Positions 1 through 14,000 of a stretch of DNA of 64,000 bases are shown here, piece by piece (the first letter of the stretch is position 1; every line of letters begins with the position of its first letter). Where the stretch lies: assembly GCF_037042905.1 (NCBI RefSeq), contig NC_087248.1, positions 1,054,001 to 1,118,000 on the forward strand, read 5' to 3'. Source of the DNA: Lytechinus pictus. Taxonomy: Eukaryota. Both the position numbers and the translations under genes were made by a program. A model generated the notes under the pieces. The model had not been told where the DNA came from, searched no databases, and worked only from the letters and a program-made list of their open reading frames with translations.

Positions 1-576
1 GAGAGTGGAAACTACCAAGACTGTGATCAGAATAACATGGATAAAAACGTCTATAAAGTAAAATAGGCTTGCGTAATCAATTGGCGGTGTTTTGTAGCAA
101 TACCAGGCGTAGTAACTAAGTTTGATATGCGGTAAGGGTAGTAAAGGAATGGAACATAAAGTTGATAATAGGACCATTAATACGACAGTGAGTTTTACTT
201 TGAGTGGCGTCAAGAAAATGTGGTAACGTAGAGGGCGCGTTATGAGGAGAAGTTTACAACCGCTGATGAAACAGTAACAGAAGAGCTGTGAGAATAATAT
301 TGTGAACGTCATGAACGAGAAAACGTTCGAAATTGTTTCACAGAAATCCACATTGTCGGAAATGTAGAACAAAACGTCCCAAATGCACCAAGTCACACTC
401 AAAATTATCTGAAGAACGGTTGAAACTCTGTATGTTAAACGTGTGGTGTCGTCTATCTTCTGTTGCTGATGCAAGATGAAGAGCAGAAACGCGTTTGCAA
501 GCAATGAGAACGAGAGGTTGATGAAAGGTAGAATAACCATAGGACGATCAAAATGGAATGACGTCAAGTTCAACAT
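1..576 (-). CDS. Rhodopsin-class (class A) GPCR, intronless, N-terminal 192 aa (TM1 to ~TM5); continues beyond the left edge
   Basis: Hand translation from ATG 576 is open to base 1: MLNLTSFHFDRPMVILPFINLSFSLLANAFLLFILHQQQKIDDTTRLTYRVSTVLQIILSVTWCIWDVLFYISDNVDFCETISNVFSFMTFTILFSQLFCYCFISGCKLLLITRPLRYHIFLTPLKVKLTVVLMVLLSTLCSIPLLPLP...YAWYCYKTPP...VILITVLVVSTL. Shows an N-glycosylation sequon (NLT), TM1 Asn (LAN), a TM3-top Cys, the ICL2 motif ITRPLRYH and an ECL2 Cys. In-frame stop upstream at 616-618. Absent from the ORF track because it has no stop inside the window. Confidence 0.88.
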   Translation of the reverse strand, partial: MLNLTSFHFDRPMVILPFINLSFSLLANAFLLFILHQQQKIDDTTRLTYRVSTVLQIILSVTWCIWDVLFYISDNVDFCETISNVFSFMTFTILFSQLFCYCFISGCKLLLITRPLRYHIFLTPLKVKLTVVLMVLLSTLCSIPLLPLPHIKLSYYAWYCYKTPPIDYASLFYFIDVFIHVILITVLVVSTL

Positions 577-1754
577 CTTCAAGCATACTGTGTCAGATCT
601 TACTCCATGAACAATTCAGTTGGTTATCAATTCGATGACAATTTGTATAATTAGGATTTAGTTGAAGAAATGCACTTCGGTAAAACGAAGATACTTCATA
701 TAGTTCGTAGATGGGATCGGTGGGGTCACAATATTTGACGTTGTTTTTAATGTTTTTCCTGTAAATATTCTGTATGTATTTCTATGCCAGAGTTGAAGAC
801 AAATAATCTAATCCACTCCTGGACACGACCAAACAGGTTTTAGTTGTGATTATATCAAATCACGTCTTTCCGTATAGATTTATCTCACCTTTTATCCATG
901 AACAGTAATATGGTAACGGCACAAAATAAGATCACTTTGCCCCCACTACCCCGCTCTCTGTTGCTGGACTTGTCTTTTTTTTTGTCATTATTCAGTGTCA
1001 TCAGTTAGAGATAAAAGTAGAGGCCAAAGATGCATAATTGTCCAAGTGATGCAGTAATGGTAATTGCCGTAATGGTTTGGATGCACTATCTGGTAATTTA
1101 GAGATTGCCGCTTTAAGTAATTAGTATCACAAACGCGTTAATGAAGATAATTGGGCACCATCATAGGCACCATAAAGCGTCGGCGGCACTATAAGGACGT
1201 TTTTACCCCCCTCCCCAATACATCCGCGAAATCATGAGAGCTATTTTAAACAAAAAGGACACGCCCATGACGTAATATCAAACAGAAGCAGTGAAGGAGT
1301 CAGTGCTTTGCAAAGAATAGGTGTTCATTTTTTTCGGGGGCGAGGGCCTTTATTGCTTGGTAGCTCAAAATTGCACTTACCATGTTTACAACAACGGCTA
1401 TATCTACATTACAAAAAAAAATGTGCCGTGGGGCGAATCTCAGACAAATGTAATCTTTGTAACTCTATACTGGTACTTAACACCATGTTCTCAATAATTG
1501 CGAGAAGGTGCTCGACCGAGTACCTGGCAACATACACATCATACTCATAAACATCAAACCTACCTGAAACAATACCAATAAAGTTCATGCAGACATCGAA
1601 GGGAAAAACATTAATGGGTGCACCATACCACCACATATATACCATCCCAACAAAAACCAGATATTTGCTGCATTGACAACAATGATAAAACCACCACCAT
1701 CATCAAATTTACAAATATTATCCGAAACATTTTGAAAACGCCCACCAACGTTAA

Positions 1755-2725
1755 AGGGGTACTCCAGGCTGAAAATAATATAATCTGAACATATTAAAAA
1801 ATCAGTCAAACAAAACACTGAAAATTTGATCAAAATCGGATCACATGAAGTTATGGCATTTTAAAGATTTGCATTATTCTGGTGAAACATTTTTAGGCAT
1901 GTCTTCATTAATATTCAATGAGCAAACTGATGATGTAAATATCCCCACATGTTCTTTTGTATTTTATTACATGAAATAAGGTTTATTTAAATTATTTTCT
2001 TCAAGAACCAGAAATATTGGAATAACAAGTGATTAAGTGCATTAGATATTCATTGCTGAAACTTATTTCATTATAAGGGTGACATAATATATCATTCACA
2101 CATGTATAAAAAAAAACTGAAACAATTATGATTTCATGTAATAACATAAGAAAAGGGAAAGTGGGGATGTGACATCATCAGCCCATCTAATGAATATGGT
2201 TTATTTCCAATTCGTCTTATGCCAATTCGTCCAATTGCCAACTCGTCTACTACCATTTAGTCTACATCAGTTCAACTACTAACCAGATGGTCTACTTTCA
2301 TTTAGTCTTATGCCATTCTGTCTCATAACCAGTTGGTCCAATAGCCATTTAGTCCACATACCATTTAGTCTAATTAAACTAAATTGTTAATTGTGCAAAA
2401 TGGATGAAAAGAAAATGGGTATTAGACCAACTGGTTATTAGACGAAATGGTGATTAGACGAAGTGATCATTGTACCAAAATGGTTATTGGACCAATTGGT
2501 TGTTAGACGAAATGTTGATAGACGGAATGGTATAAATGAAGGTAGACCATGTGGTGAGTGGACGAGTTGGAAGTGGACGAATTGGCAATTTACCACGAAT
2601 ATATAACTGTTTTCACAATTTATTGCTTAACTGTAAAATTCAATAGCTTCGCTTTATTTGTCATCAGATTTTGATGAAATTTGCAGCATTTTGCTTTGTG
2701 AATTTTACTCTATTTAATTATATAT
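1755..2725. mobile_element. Palindromic MITE, same family as 14041-14974, right end lost; interrupted by a nested MITE
   Basis: Starts TTAA|AGGGGTACTCCAGGCTGAAA and aligns by eye to 14041-14974 (gatgtaaatatccccac...gtggggatgtgacatcatcagccc). Confidence 0.75.
2198..2594. mobile_element. MITE with ~19-bp TIRs and 18-19 bp sub-repeats, near-perfect 8-bp TSD (hAT-like)
   Basis: Left end GGTTTATTTCCAATTCGTC; right end reverse complement GGTAAATTGCCAATTCGTC. Flanks ATGAATAT (2190-2197) and ACGAATAT (2595-2602). Decayed relatives at ~25335-25580, ~29745-30415 and ~51000-51130. Confidence 0.75.
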
Positions 2726-4844
2726 AAAGGTTGGACGAGCAATCTCATATGCACTGTAATAGGTTCACGCGGTCTAAAAATGTTGAAAACTCTTTTTTAT
2801 TACTTTTGTTTTTATTTATTTATTTTTTTGGCTTGTCAAACTTTTCGGGGTGTACGAATTTCAGCTTGAATCCCCCCTTTCAAAAATCCTGCGTACGCCA
2901 CTGGGTCTAATAACCCCTGAAAATACATAACGCATGAAAGAAATATACTCAAACTCAGCAGTAATTCAGATAGATATCTAGATGTTAGGGACCAAATAGT
3001 TAAGACCGTTCTGTTTCAAGGCAGGTGTGAGCCAACATGGCAGACTAATCAATATATAATAGATATTTATAGGCATTATCATCAATATATCAATGCAGTG
3101 GAATTATATAATCAGTTAATGTTGACTAAATTTACTGTTCATTAGCAGATAGTTAACACATTTTGAATATATCAACCCATATTTAAAACTGTCATTCACT
3201 GGCATGCCACAATAAATTAATGCAATTTTAGAAAGAGATTTAGTTAATATTGTACCCAAGATCATGTTCGTATATACAAGTTACAAAAGCACTCCCCCCC
3301 CCCCCTCTCTTCGATCTCTCTATCTCACCTCTCCTCTTTCTTCTATTTTTCTCTATCTCTCTCTTCCTGTCTCCCATTCTCTTGATCATACTGCTGAATA
3401 CGTCTGGTTGGATCTAATTATATCGTTTATTTTAACAATTCCATAACATTGTTGTATGTTATTGTATTGAACAATATCATGATGTATTATTCCAATTTCT
3501 ACCCCCCCCTCCCCTCCCCTCCCCCTCTCCTCCCCCTCTCCTCCCCTCTCTTTCATTATTTCTCTCTCCCTCTCTGTCTCATCCCTCTTCTTTCCCTTTA
3601 TTTCTCTCCATCTCTCTCTCTCACAGGCTTCCTCTCTCTGTCCTACTGCTCGGTACCACGCGTGTTTGCATTTATCAATGTTTGAACTTATTTGTACATT
3701 GTTTTGTATGTTAGATTAAATATTTAATGTAATTATCGTATATATTGCTGTATCGAACAGTCATATAATAATGCATTGTGATTGTAACGTGTAATGTACT
3801 GTGGTTTATATGCTCTTATAATGTAAATTTAACCTGCCGGTTAACATACATAGGTTGCCGGGCCTGGTTCTTGTTTGATCTCTAATAAAGACAGTACTAC
3901 TATAGCTGGAAGACAATGCATGCGTCAGTGTAATTTCGCATGTGTCGTTTCAGTATTTCGTGGAAAATGAATAGGCCTCATGAGTAAAATCAATTAAAAG
4001 GCTGCACAAAGCGAACAATCAACCTTTACAGAATCGTGTCACGTTAAAAGGGATCTACTTGAAGTGCGAGCAAGGTTAACCTTTGTTTAATTTTTTTATT
4101 GATTTTTTTAGAAAGGGCAACATTCGATTCAAGGATGTGAAGGAAAGCTATTCAAGTATCATGGTAATCAATAGACCTTTACATTAACATCACTCCTTAA
4201 AGGTGAGTCTCAATCATGGAACATAATCATGCATCACTAAGAATGACCCCCCCCCCCCCTCCACCCCTAAAAAAATGATGATAGGCCTAATAATAATAAA
4301 AACAGCCCCAACTGATGAAAAGGAGCAAAATATGAAATCACCAAACTTCAATACGCAATTCATTAATAAAAAGAGTAAGCAGACACTTTACGTGCAAATA
4401 GTTATCAGGGGCTGAATGTGCTTTAATTTCAATTCAATGAAATCAAAGAATATAAATTTTAATTTAGATTTTTTACACATTTCATGAACATGCATAAAGA
4501 ATTGGCAGGTGCACTTCCAGGGCGAGCGAGAATATAATTGTCCCCTCTTTTTTTTTTTTTTTTTTTTTTTTGGCGGGGGGAGGGTGGGGGCTCGGATATT
4601 TTGGGGAATAAGTCCGGCCCCGTCTGCAGGTCAGTCTCCGGCCTGATCCAAGGTATTTTTAGTATTCACGTTTAGTTCACTTTTCTTTAGTTCCTTTGAA
4701 TGTACTCTACATGTTTGGAGTGATACCTGATTATATTTCCTTTCATATAAAGGGTAGGTCTGCTGTGAACCATGCTATTTTATTTTCCCTTCGGCCTCGG
4801 TCCAATCCACTGATCTCTCCATCTCGGGCACAAACTTTTCAATA

Positions 4845-4925
4845 AGTCAACGCAGATGGCGCTTGAAGAAAAACATACGTCATCTCATTTGCATAACATA
4901 GTTGTGGAAACAGTCAACATGGACG
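4845..4925 (+). promoter_or_regulatory. Putative CEP126 promoter
   Basis: CTCF/YY1-like CGCAGATGGCGC (4851-4862), CRE-like TACGTCA, ATTTGCAT octamer and X-box-like GTTGTGGAAAC (4902-4912). Lies ~180 bp upstream of the predicted first coding exon, which is followed by a CpG-rich stretch (5160-5250). Confidence 0.4.
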
Positions 4926-5088
4926 TCGATTGTGTCAATTTGGACAGTATTAGGTGACTTGTTTTCAATATTATTTGTGAGATATCTTCATATTGACATT
5001 TTTAATAGACTGATCCTGAAGATATTGAAATGTGCAACATGATCGTGGAGAAATATTCGCAAAACAGTGTCACTATAAGGAGTCTACA

Positions 5089-8000
5089 ATGTTGACAGAT
5101 ACAGCAAGAGGATATTATTCGTATCCTTTTCGTTCGCAACCGTACTACAAGCCTATGTACCGGTACGTAGGCCGCTCCGGGCTGGGCGGCCCGGGCGCGA
5201 CGGGGCCTAAACCCCTCGAGGTCCGGTAGGCGGTAGGCCCGAGGTAGTAGGATGGGGGGTCAGGTGTCCGGACACTTTATATTTTTGAAGCCTTCTTTTT
5301 TGTCTTTGGATTACACTAAGAATATGAATTCAATCTGTGCCTTCAATCTTTGTAGTCACCTTTCTATTTTGTTCTTTATAATATTTCCTAACATTTTGTA
5401 GGCCCTACTAAAAATTGCTGAAACTGTGCTTGTAGGCCTACTTGTAAATTTTTCTAAATGACTTTCTAAAATTGATTGTCCGGACACTTACTTACTTTAC
5501 TTTACTTTAAGTCCACGATGCTGTAGGCTTGAGTTGAGTGCCTGTTCATCGATCGTAGTATCTCCTCTGGTGGTAGTACAGTATCCATGTTAATTGTTAT
5601 TAAAACAAAATATATATACCGGTACTTAACACGAGAAAGGACTATCAGAAGTTTGTACATGTGTGCTAAAAACCTTGGGAAAACAAAGACAATACTGCCT
5701 ACACTGGCTTATAGAGCAAATCATAATTCTTTGACCAGTGCCTATCTAGACAAATTTTGAAGGAGTTGACTGAAGAGGCTGAAACAACACTGTCAGGAAG
5801 ACTATTCCACATATCTACGACTCTGTTACTGAAAAAGTACTTTCTAATATCAAGCCTAGAAAATTTCTTTTCCAACTTCAACCTATGACCTCTAGACCTC
5901 CTTTGCGACTTAGTGAAAAGGTTGTGTTGTGTGTAATATATTCCAGTCATGTACTTGTAGACATCAATCATGTCACCTCTCCTTCGCCTATGAGCCAGAC
6001 TCGGTAATTTTAGTTTCATGAGACGTTCCATATAAGACAGATTTCTAAAACCTGGAATCATTTTTGTGGCTCGCCTCTGTACACTTTCTAACTTTCTTTG
6101 TTCACTCAATTTATATGGTGACCATGCGGCTTGTCCATACTCTAATAGGGGTCTGATAAGACCTTTAAACAAATATGACATTGTAACTGCATCCAGACAA
6201 ACAAAAGATCTTCTAATGATTCCTAAGACTCTGTTTCCCTTTAATGCTGCTTGTGACACTTGGTCTTTAAAAGACAGCTTTGAATCAATTAATATCCCTA
6301 GGTCTTTTTCTGCTTGTACCTCCGTAAGAGTAATTAGATTAGACTCTCCTTTCATGTAATACTGGGTCTGCTCTTCTGTACTGTTTTTTCCTAGCTTTAA
6401 GACGGTGCATTTATCCGGATGGAATCGTAGCTGCCATTTTTTAGCCCACTCTTCTAAAAGGGAGATATCTTTTTGGAGTTGTTTGACACCAACAACACTA
6501 TCAGAACGTACATACATCTTTGTATCATCTGCAAACATTACAATATTAGACTTAACAACACTTGGCAGATCATTGACAAAAACCAAAAAGAGGGTCGGAC
6601 CCAACACACTACCTTGCGGTACGCCGCTCAGTACTTCTCCCCAAGATGACGATTTTCCACCAACAACTACACGCTGCCGTCTTCCCGTTAAAAAAGACAT
6701 AAGCCATACGTGGAGTTTACCACAGATACCGAAGGATTCCAACTTTAGAAGGAGACGCCGATGAGGCACCGTATCAAACGCTTTCATGAGGTCCATGTAT
6801 ATGGCATCAATTGTACCACCCTCATCCAGTACCTGTGTCCACTCATCAAGCACCTCTAAAAGATTAGTGACAGTTGATCTTCCATCAACAAAGCCATGTT
6901 GACACATAGAAATTAAATCATTCTCTACCAAATATACACACAATTTATCACAGATTAACTTCTCCATAATTTTACAAACAATGCTTGTTAGACTCACTGG
7001 TCTATAGTTTTTACAATCAGCCTTACTGCCTTTCTTGAATATAGGTGAAATATTAGCAGACTTCCAATCCAATGGTAACAAGCCACAATTCATACTCTTG
7101 TTAAACAGTAAGGACAACGGCAGCGCCAATACATCAGCCAATTCTCTCAATGGAAAAGGATGAAGACCATCAGGTCCAGGAGATTTATTAGTCTTCAAAT
7201 TTGACAACAACTTAAAAACATCGCCTGAAGTTATTTCAACATCACTAAGAGGGGAATCATAATGCATTTCCTGTGAGAGGGGAGGAATATCATGAACATT
7301 CTCCTTTGTGAAAACAGACGAAAAAAAGGCCTGCAAAATCTCTGCCTTGTCCTGGTCAGAAGAGGTAACACTTCCGTCTTCCTTTGTAAGGTTTGCTACA
7401 TTTTCGCGAGTTGTTGTCTTTGATTTGACATACGACCAAAAACCTTTTGCATTTTGTTTGACACCTGAAGCAATTGAGCGCTCAAAATCACTAGCAGCTT
7501 TCCGACAATACCACCTCGCCTGATTACTTGCCCTCTTATAGCGTTCTTCCTGTTTTTTGAGCTCTGAGGGAGTATATTTTCCATAACTTTTCTGACTATG
7601 CATGTAGCGCCACTTTCTGAACTGCCTGTGTTTCTCTCGAACAAGATCAAGTGTTTTTCCTTTGACCCATGACTTATTTCGTGTATGTTCTCTATATTTT
7701 TTCTTAGGTATGTAGCGATCAAATACATCAAGCAACGTTTTCTTGAAAAAGATCCATGAGTCCTCCATTGACTTTACAGAGAATTCATCAGCCCATTCAA
7801 TATCAACTAACTTATCATGCATGGCATCATAGTCTCCTTTACCATATACCAGTCGTTCTCGATCATCGAGCCTCGAACGGCCACCAACTTTCAAGTTAAA
7901 AATCAGAGTACAATGGTCACTTTTACCAAGACCTGCTGAAGTAACAATACTCGAGATAGCACTCTCATTTAGAGTAAAGACAAGATCTAAAACATTTGAA

Positions 8001-11000
8001 CGCTGACCTTCACGGTGGCGTGTAGGCTTAACCTGGTGCTGAATCAGAAATGCATCTTTACTACAGTCCAAAAACTTATGAGCTGGGTGCTCTTCACCAG
8101 ATGAACATGACTCCAGCTCCCAGTTAATTTCTGGGTAATTAAAGTCCCCAAATAACAAAACTTCCTGAAATTTGCTTTGTCCTATTTCCTGAAGTAACAA
8201 ACATAATTTATCATTGATTTCATCACTTGCATTAGGGCTTCTATACACAAGACCAACTAAAAGAGAACCGCCATCTTTCAGTCCCACACAAGCAAACACT
8301 GCTTCCTTAAAAGCAAGATGAGAAAAACCTACATATACCTCTGCTTTGAGGTCTTTAGAAATATACAAACAAACACCACGACCAGCGTCATGAAGATTAT
8401 GAAAAACATCAAAACCATCCAGCTTAACTTCAGCTGGGTCAACACTATAACGCGAATTTTTAGGTTTGACTTCACTTAAACCAATAACATGAGGATGATG
8501 CAATGAAATGAAAGTTTCTAACTCGTGTCTCTTATTTAACAATGAATCTACATTAGTATATACACATTTTACTTGACCTACACCTAAGGACGGGCACCTA
8601 TTAGAGGAAAATCCTCGTTGCTCGCTAGATTTGGAGGAGTCGGCGTGTTTACCCTGACTTTTTCTCTGACAACTTCCTCCTTTTTTTGAAACTGACTTTG
8701 ATTTTACACACAACAACTGGGTATATAAGATGGTGGTCCCAGGGCCCAAGTCTGCGCACCTAACAATTGGAGTTAAGATTTAACATGAATTTCTTTATAT
8801 TTCACAAAATCTTTCAGTTAATAACGTTCCTTATATTTTTATGAGTAGGCCTAAGTGTATAAACTATAATATCTCATCAAAATTTGAAAGAAATTTTAAA
8901 AATTATTATAGGATTTTCTTGGAAAAAAACTTCAGGCTGGGGCACTCACACTGACTCTGTCACTGCGAGGAGTATGGTCAGTTCCCCCATGTCTGCGCGG
9001 TCTCCCAAGTCTGCGCACCCGCGTATCTGCGCGATTCGTAGTAAACGAAGATACGCAACGAGCACGAACTTTACACATGCAATACATAGACAGGTATTCA
9101 TAAAAAAATCCGACTCAAAATGGTGGAAAAATAATGAATTCAGGGCATTTCATGTGACGGCCTCAAAATGCAGCCTTTGTCATCAAAATCCCTGAATCGT
9201 GTGCAAAGTGAATGAGTGCGCAGACATTAAAGCTCCTACTTCTGGGACAGATTTTGTGCACCGACATGGACAGGATAGAACGAAGGATGCTTCTTCATGG
9301 TATCTGTGCCAACACCAAATCCATACAAGAATGGCGTAATGCACTTCAACAACTTAGCCTTCCCCCACTTGATGAACTTGTAAGGAATCCCCCTAACTAC
9401 CATCTGTGGAAGCGAATGGTTCAGTCGGCAGTGATTCAGGTGTCTGAGGCCAGGCAGCACAACGCCCTCACCAAGAAGACATCCTTGTCCTTATGGACTA
9501 GAACACCTAAACCAAAGGCGAAGGATCTGTACCCTTGGCACATTTCCAATCCAAGTCTGCGGTCAGCCATCACCATCCGTGCCCAGATCTCCTGTCAAGT
9601 CTATCTGACCCAAGTCCGGCTCGCCAAGATTGGCAAAGCACCTGATGATTGCTGTCGTCTGTGCATGTCAGCCTGCGAGGATGTGGAACATCTGGTTGCT
9701 ACCTGTCCAGCCCTAGCACCTGTCCGACAGGACCTTATCCAGCGGGTTAAAGCTAATCCCAACACCAAGCAGTTCGGACCATGCTTTGAATCCACCCCTG
9801 CTCTTTTTGTAGAGTCGGTCCTTTTTTTACCTCCTGGGCGTATTAGCTGCAACACAAAAGCCCAATTACATACGCTTATTCTATACTTCTTACGCAACCT
9901 CCACACAACTCGTCAAAACTTACTCAGTACTTCATGATTGCAACTTAGAGCCTTAAATGAATTGCGGCCCTTCCAACGGCGCCGTTGATCTCCGACCTTA
10001 GCGGAGGAAGAACACAAGAGAGAGACATGGGGTACCTTTTTTTTTCAATCTGAAAATGACTGCCCGAGGTTTTTTCAAGAAAATCTTATATTTTCTTTCA
10101 TTTTTTAATGTGAACTTTGGTACACTTACTCTTAATAATATAAGGAACACTATTAACCAAAAGATTTTGTGAAATAAGAAGAAATTCATGTTAAATCTTA
10201 ACTCAAATTGTTAGGTGCGCAGACTTGGGGACCACCATCATACTATTAGTACTAACCTCGCACCATGAACTGCGTTTGGCAGTGGATTTCTAACTAGTGC
10301 CAGTGGGTCACACGTGCTGAGACCCACTATCTTATTTCACAAAATCTTTTATTTCACAATATCTTTCAGTTAATATAATAATGTTCCTTATATTATTATG
10401 AGTAAGTAAGTGTAAAGTCTGTGTTTGTGTTTGTGAAGACTTTGTGATTATATTATTATTTTATCTAGTCTCTAGACCCTAAACCTGTATTCTGAAGTTG
10501 GGTTTAATTTAAACTCTGGTTTTAAGTTGTGGTTTGAATACATATGGAAAGCCAGTTGTTACATAAATCTGTAACAGTAGAGGTTTAATGTATCAGCTCA
10601 TTTGACTCCCAAACATTAACTGCCTGGGGAGGATAAGTATGACAGTTGTCTTCACCATTAAAGAATTAGTAAAGAGCACAGTAAACATGAGAAGCAATCA
10701 CTGCAAACAAAATTTTGAAACGTTTGGCTTCCCATAATTTTAGCACTGAGTTAGACCATGATCTAAGTTAAACCCGACTTCAGAATATGGGCCTAAGTCT
10801 TTTAATCACAGAGCCTAGATCAAGACACGGACCGAATAGACCTGTGTGTCGAAGTGTGTAGTAAACAATGATGGATTTCCCTCGAAAGTTTACATTTCCC
10901 ATTGCCATTTGCTAAAACGCCTCCCTGCTACATGTATTAAAGTTTGAACTGGTGACATATCTCAAGATAATGCCAAAACTATTGGCTTGGTGTTCTGGGT

Positions 11001-14000
11001 ATTTGCAGTGGTCCTTTTATGTGTAATCTGTGTGATTGATTTGAGTCGGTTATTTCACCAAGTCTAAGAAGGCCTTAAAACACAGTCTCTATCGGAATCA
11101 TGTGTAAAGTGAATTGGTGTGCAGACATAGAAATGGAACTTTTCGGGAATTGTACCAAATTTGTATGCCCCTGCAGACGAAGTCCGGACGGGGCATTAAG
11201 CGTTGCCCCTGTCCGCCCCCCCCACTCGGTTTCCGCACAATAACTCGAAAAATATTTAATGGATTTTTAAAAATGTAGGTGTGTAGGTAGATGACACTAA
11301 AATACAGGCTAAGTTCGAATTTGGAGTCCGCAGGTCAAAGGTCACAGCTCATTAAATATGCAAGTTGGTTTCCGCGCATTAACCCAAAAAATATTTAATG
11401 GATGGAAAAATAATTTGGTGTGTAGGTAGATGACACCAAAATACAGGCTAAGTTCGAATTTAGAGTCTGCAGGTCAAAGGTCACAGCTCAATAAGTATGC
11501 GAGTAGGTTTCTGCATGATAACTTATGAAATATTCAACAGATTTTAAAAAAATTGGGTGTGTAGGTAGATGACACCAAAATACAGGCTAAGTTCGAATTC
11601 GGAGTCTGCAGGCCAAAGATCAAAGGTCACAGCTCATTATAGATGCGAGTTGGTTCATATGTCTAAATTTGTTCAATACATGTATATGAATATTGGTTTC
11701 TGCATGATATTAGGTTCAATCATATTAAATTAATTTTTGATCGCGTTAAGCGGGAACATCTGTGTCCGTTGGACACGTCAAATTTCTAGTTTAATATGAA
11801 AGGGATTAGATCTATGTGCTTATACCATGATACACACAGTGCGCATGTTGGAAATACTTTAGATTTAAATTAGATTTAAATACTCTACAAAATAATGAAA
11901 CTCTGTTTCTGCACAGGTAGTATTATAGGAAAATGGAACCTTTAATAATCATGAAATGATGTGCACATGTACTTTCCTTGACTTGGTTGATTCCATCAGT
12001 AATAATAAATACCAGATCCTAGAACAAGAGCAGTTAACTCGGATGAAAGATGTGGGATCTGAGCATGCCAAGCAGATTGCTGCCAGGGACAGAGCCAAAA
12101 AGCTCTCGGTCGAAACTAATAGAAGACGCAAGTAAGTGAGATCATTTGAAGTTGAAAAGCATTTTTTTTCCTTCCATATTTATGACCCTCCCCATCTGTT
12201 CACAGTTTTCAGATTATCATTTTTAGTTTCATCTTTAACTTTAACTTCCTATTTTTGTTTTTGTTTTGATAAAATAAGTAATTCCAAGGGAGATGACCAT
12301 TTTCCATCTTTTTTAGCTAATAGTGTTGTGAAAGAAAAATTTGCCAATAATTTAGGCTATCCCAAATAAGAGACCATTGTCACGTTTGTTTTCTTATGAC
12401 GTGACTAGCGTCATAAGAAAACAGATTGCATTTCACTGTTTTCAATCTTGTAGCCTTGTAGGAGCATCATGAAAAATATACACGACCCAAATTTGATAGA
12501 AATTGGTTCTACAGGCCAAGATCGAGATACATGTATAAACACATGAATACCTAGAATTGGTCCCATTTAAAGTTGATGTACACTGTACTATTGGCTTGGT
12601 TTGAAATATTTACATGTAGAACCAGGCTAATAATACTGTTTGTACCAAATTTGGGCTTTGGGTGTTTGTGTTTTTCATCATGCTCAAAGAAAATTACCGG
12701 TAATAAAAAAAACAATAAAAAAAAATTGCCATCAGCTCATTACTCTGTAGCCAAAATTTAAGTCATAGCGTTTTAAAAGTGTTCTGAATAGTGAGCATTC
12801 CTGAAATGACTATAAATCCATTTTGTCCAGCCATAATGGTGTCAAAGGTAAAGTCAGATATGTAACAATATAAAGCATCATACATTGTAGGTCATCTGTC
12901 ATTGGATAGATAATGACAATATTGTGTTTAATTTTGCTCCAGAGCTCTTGAAACCAAAAAGAAGCTAGAGGCACAGAGAGAGGCTAAGAGACGACAAGAA
13001 GTACTTGATGAAAGGCGTCAGAGACAAAGGGAAGCTACTAATAGATATCAGAGACAAAACAAAGGCTCAGCTCGAAGGCATCATGACTTTCATCATACAG
13101 GTATTATAAAGTGAAAACAAATGTGTGACCAAATTATTATCATTATTTTCATTTTTTACTTTGCATCTCCTAAGATAGTTAAAAGTGCTCTTGATACAAT
13201 AAGGTAAAAAAAATTAAATAAAAATAATCATTTAGAATTTTGATGAGGAATTTCCTATTTAGTGAAGTGACACAGTCATTGCCTGCTTAAAATTCTTGTT
13301 GCTGTTTCTCACTACCAACATAAAAAAAATAGTTTCTTGCAACTGCTTGAAAGTGATGGCCACTCAGTGATCACGTGCTACATATTTAATTGCCGGTCCT
13401 TTACTGACTCACACAGATTGTGCTGTAATATTGAAAATATATGCAATTGCTACATGAGTCTTCACAGTTCACTATGGAAGTATCCACCGATGAGTTGCTT
13501 ACAATGCCTCAGCCCCTCCCCCCAAAAAAATAAAAATAAAAATAAACAAATATTTTGTTGCTGTACTATCAGTTGGTGCTCACACATTCACTACCCATGT
13601 GCATGGGGGTAAAGAGGGGTTTGTGTAGATCAATGTCTTAAGTACCAAAGGACATTTTAAGGCCACCGCACACCTTACGACCCGACTTGTCTGTGACTGA
13701 GTGAGGGGAAATGTGACGTCACAGCTTGAGAGTCGCAGACCGGTCAGAGACAAATCGCAAGGAAAATCGTAAGGATTTGACATGTCGAATCCTTACAACT
13801 GGATCGCTAGCTCAATCCATCTTCCAGCCAATCAGACAGCAGATGCGTACATGATATGCAATGCGCATATGCAGTAATAAGCGTAATTTTCTCAGTTGCT
13901 ATGGCAAAGCAGACAGCTGGGTAGTCGGATCGCAAGGTGTGCGGTGTCGAGGCTTATGACTACCTTACGATTTATCTCCACTCACTCAGTCGCAGACCAG

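Noticed and set aside
6066-7731. Small ORFs overlapping the CR1 ORF (and those overlapping the Tc1 ORF at 15892-16797)
   Set aside because: Shadow frames of real coding sequence with no independent evidence.
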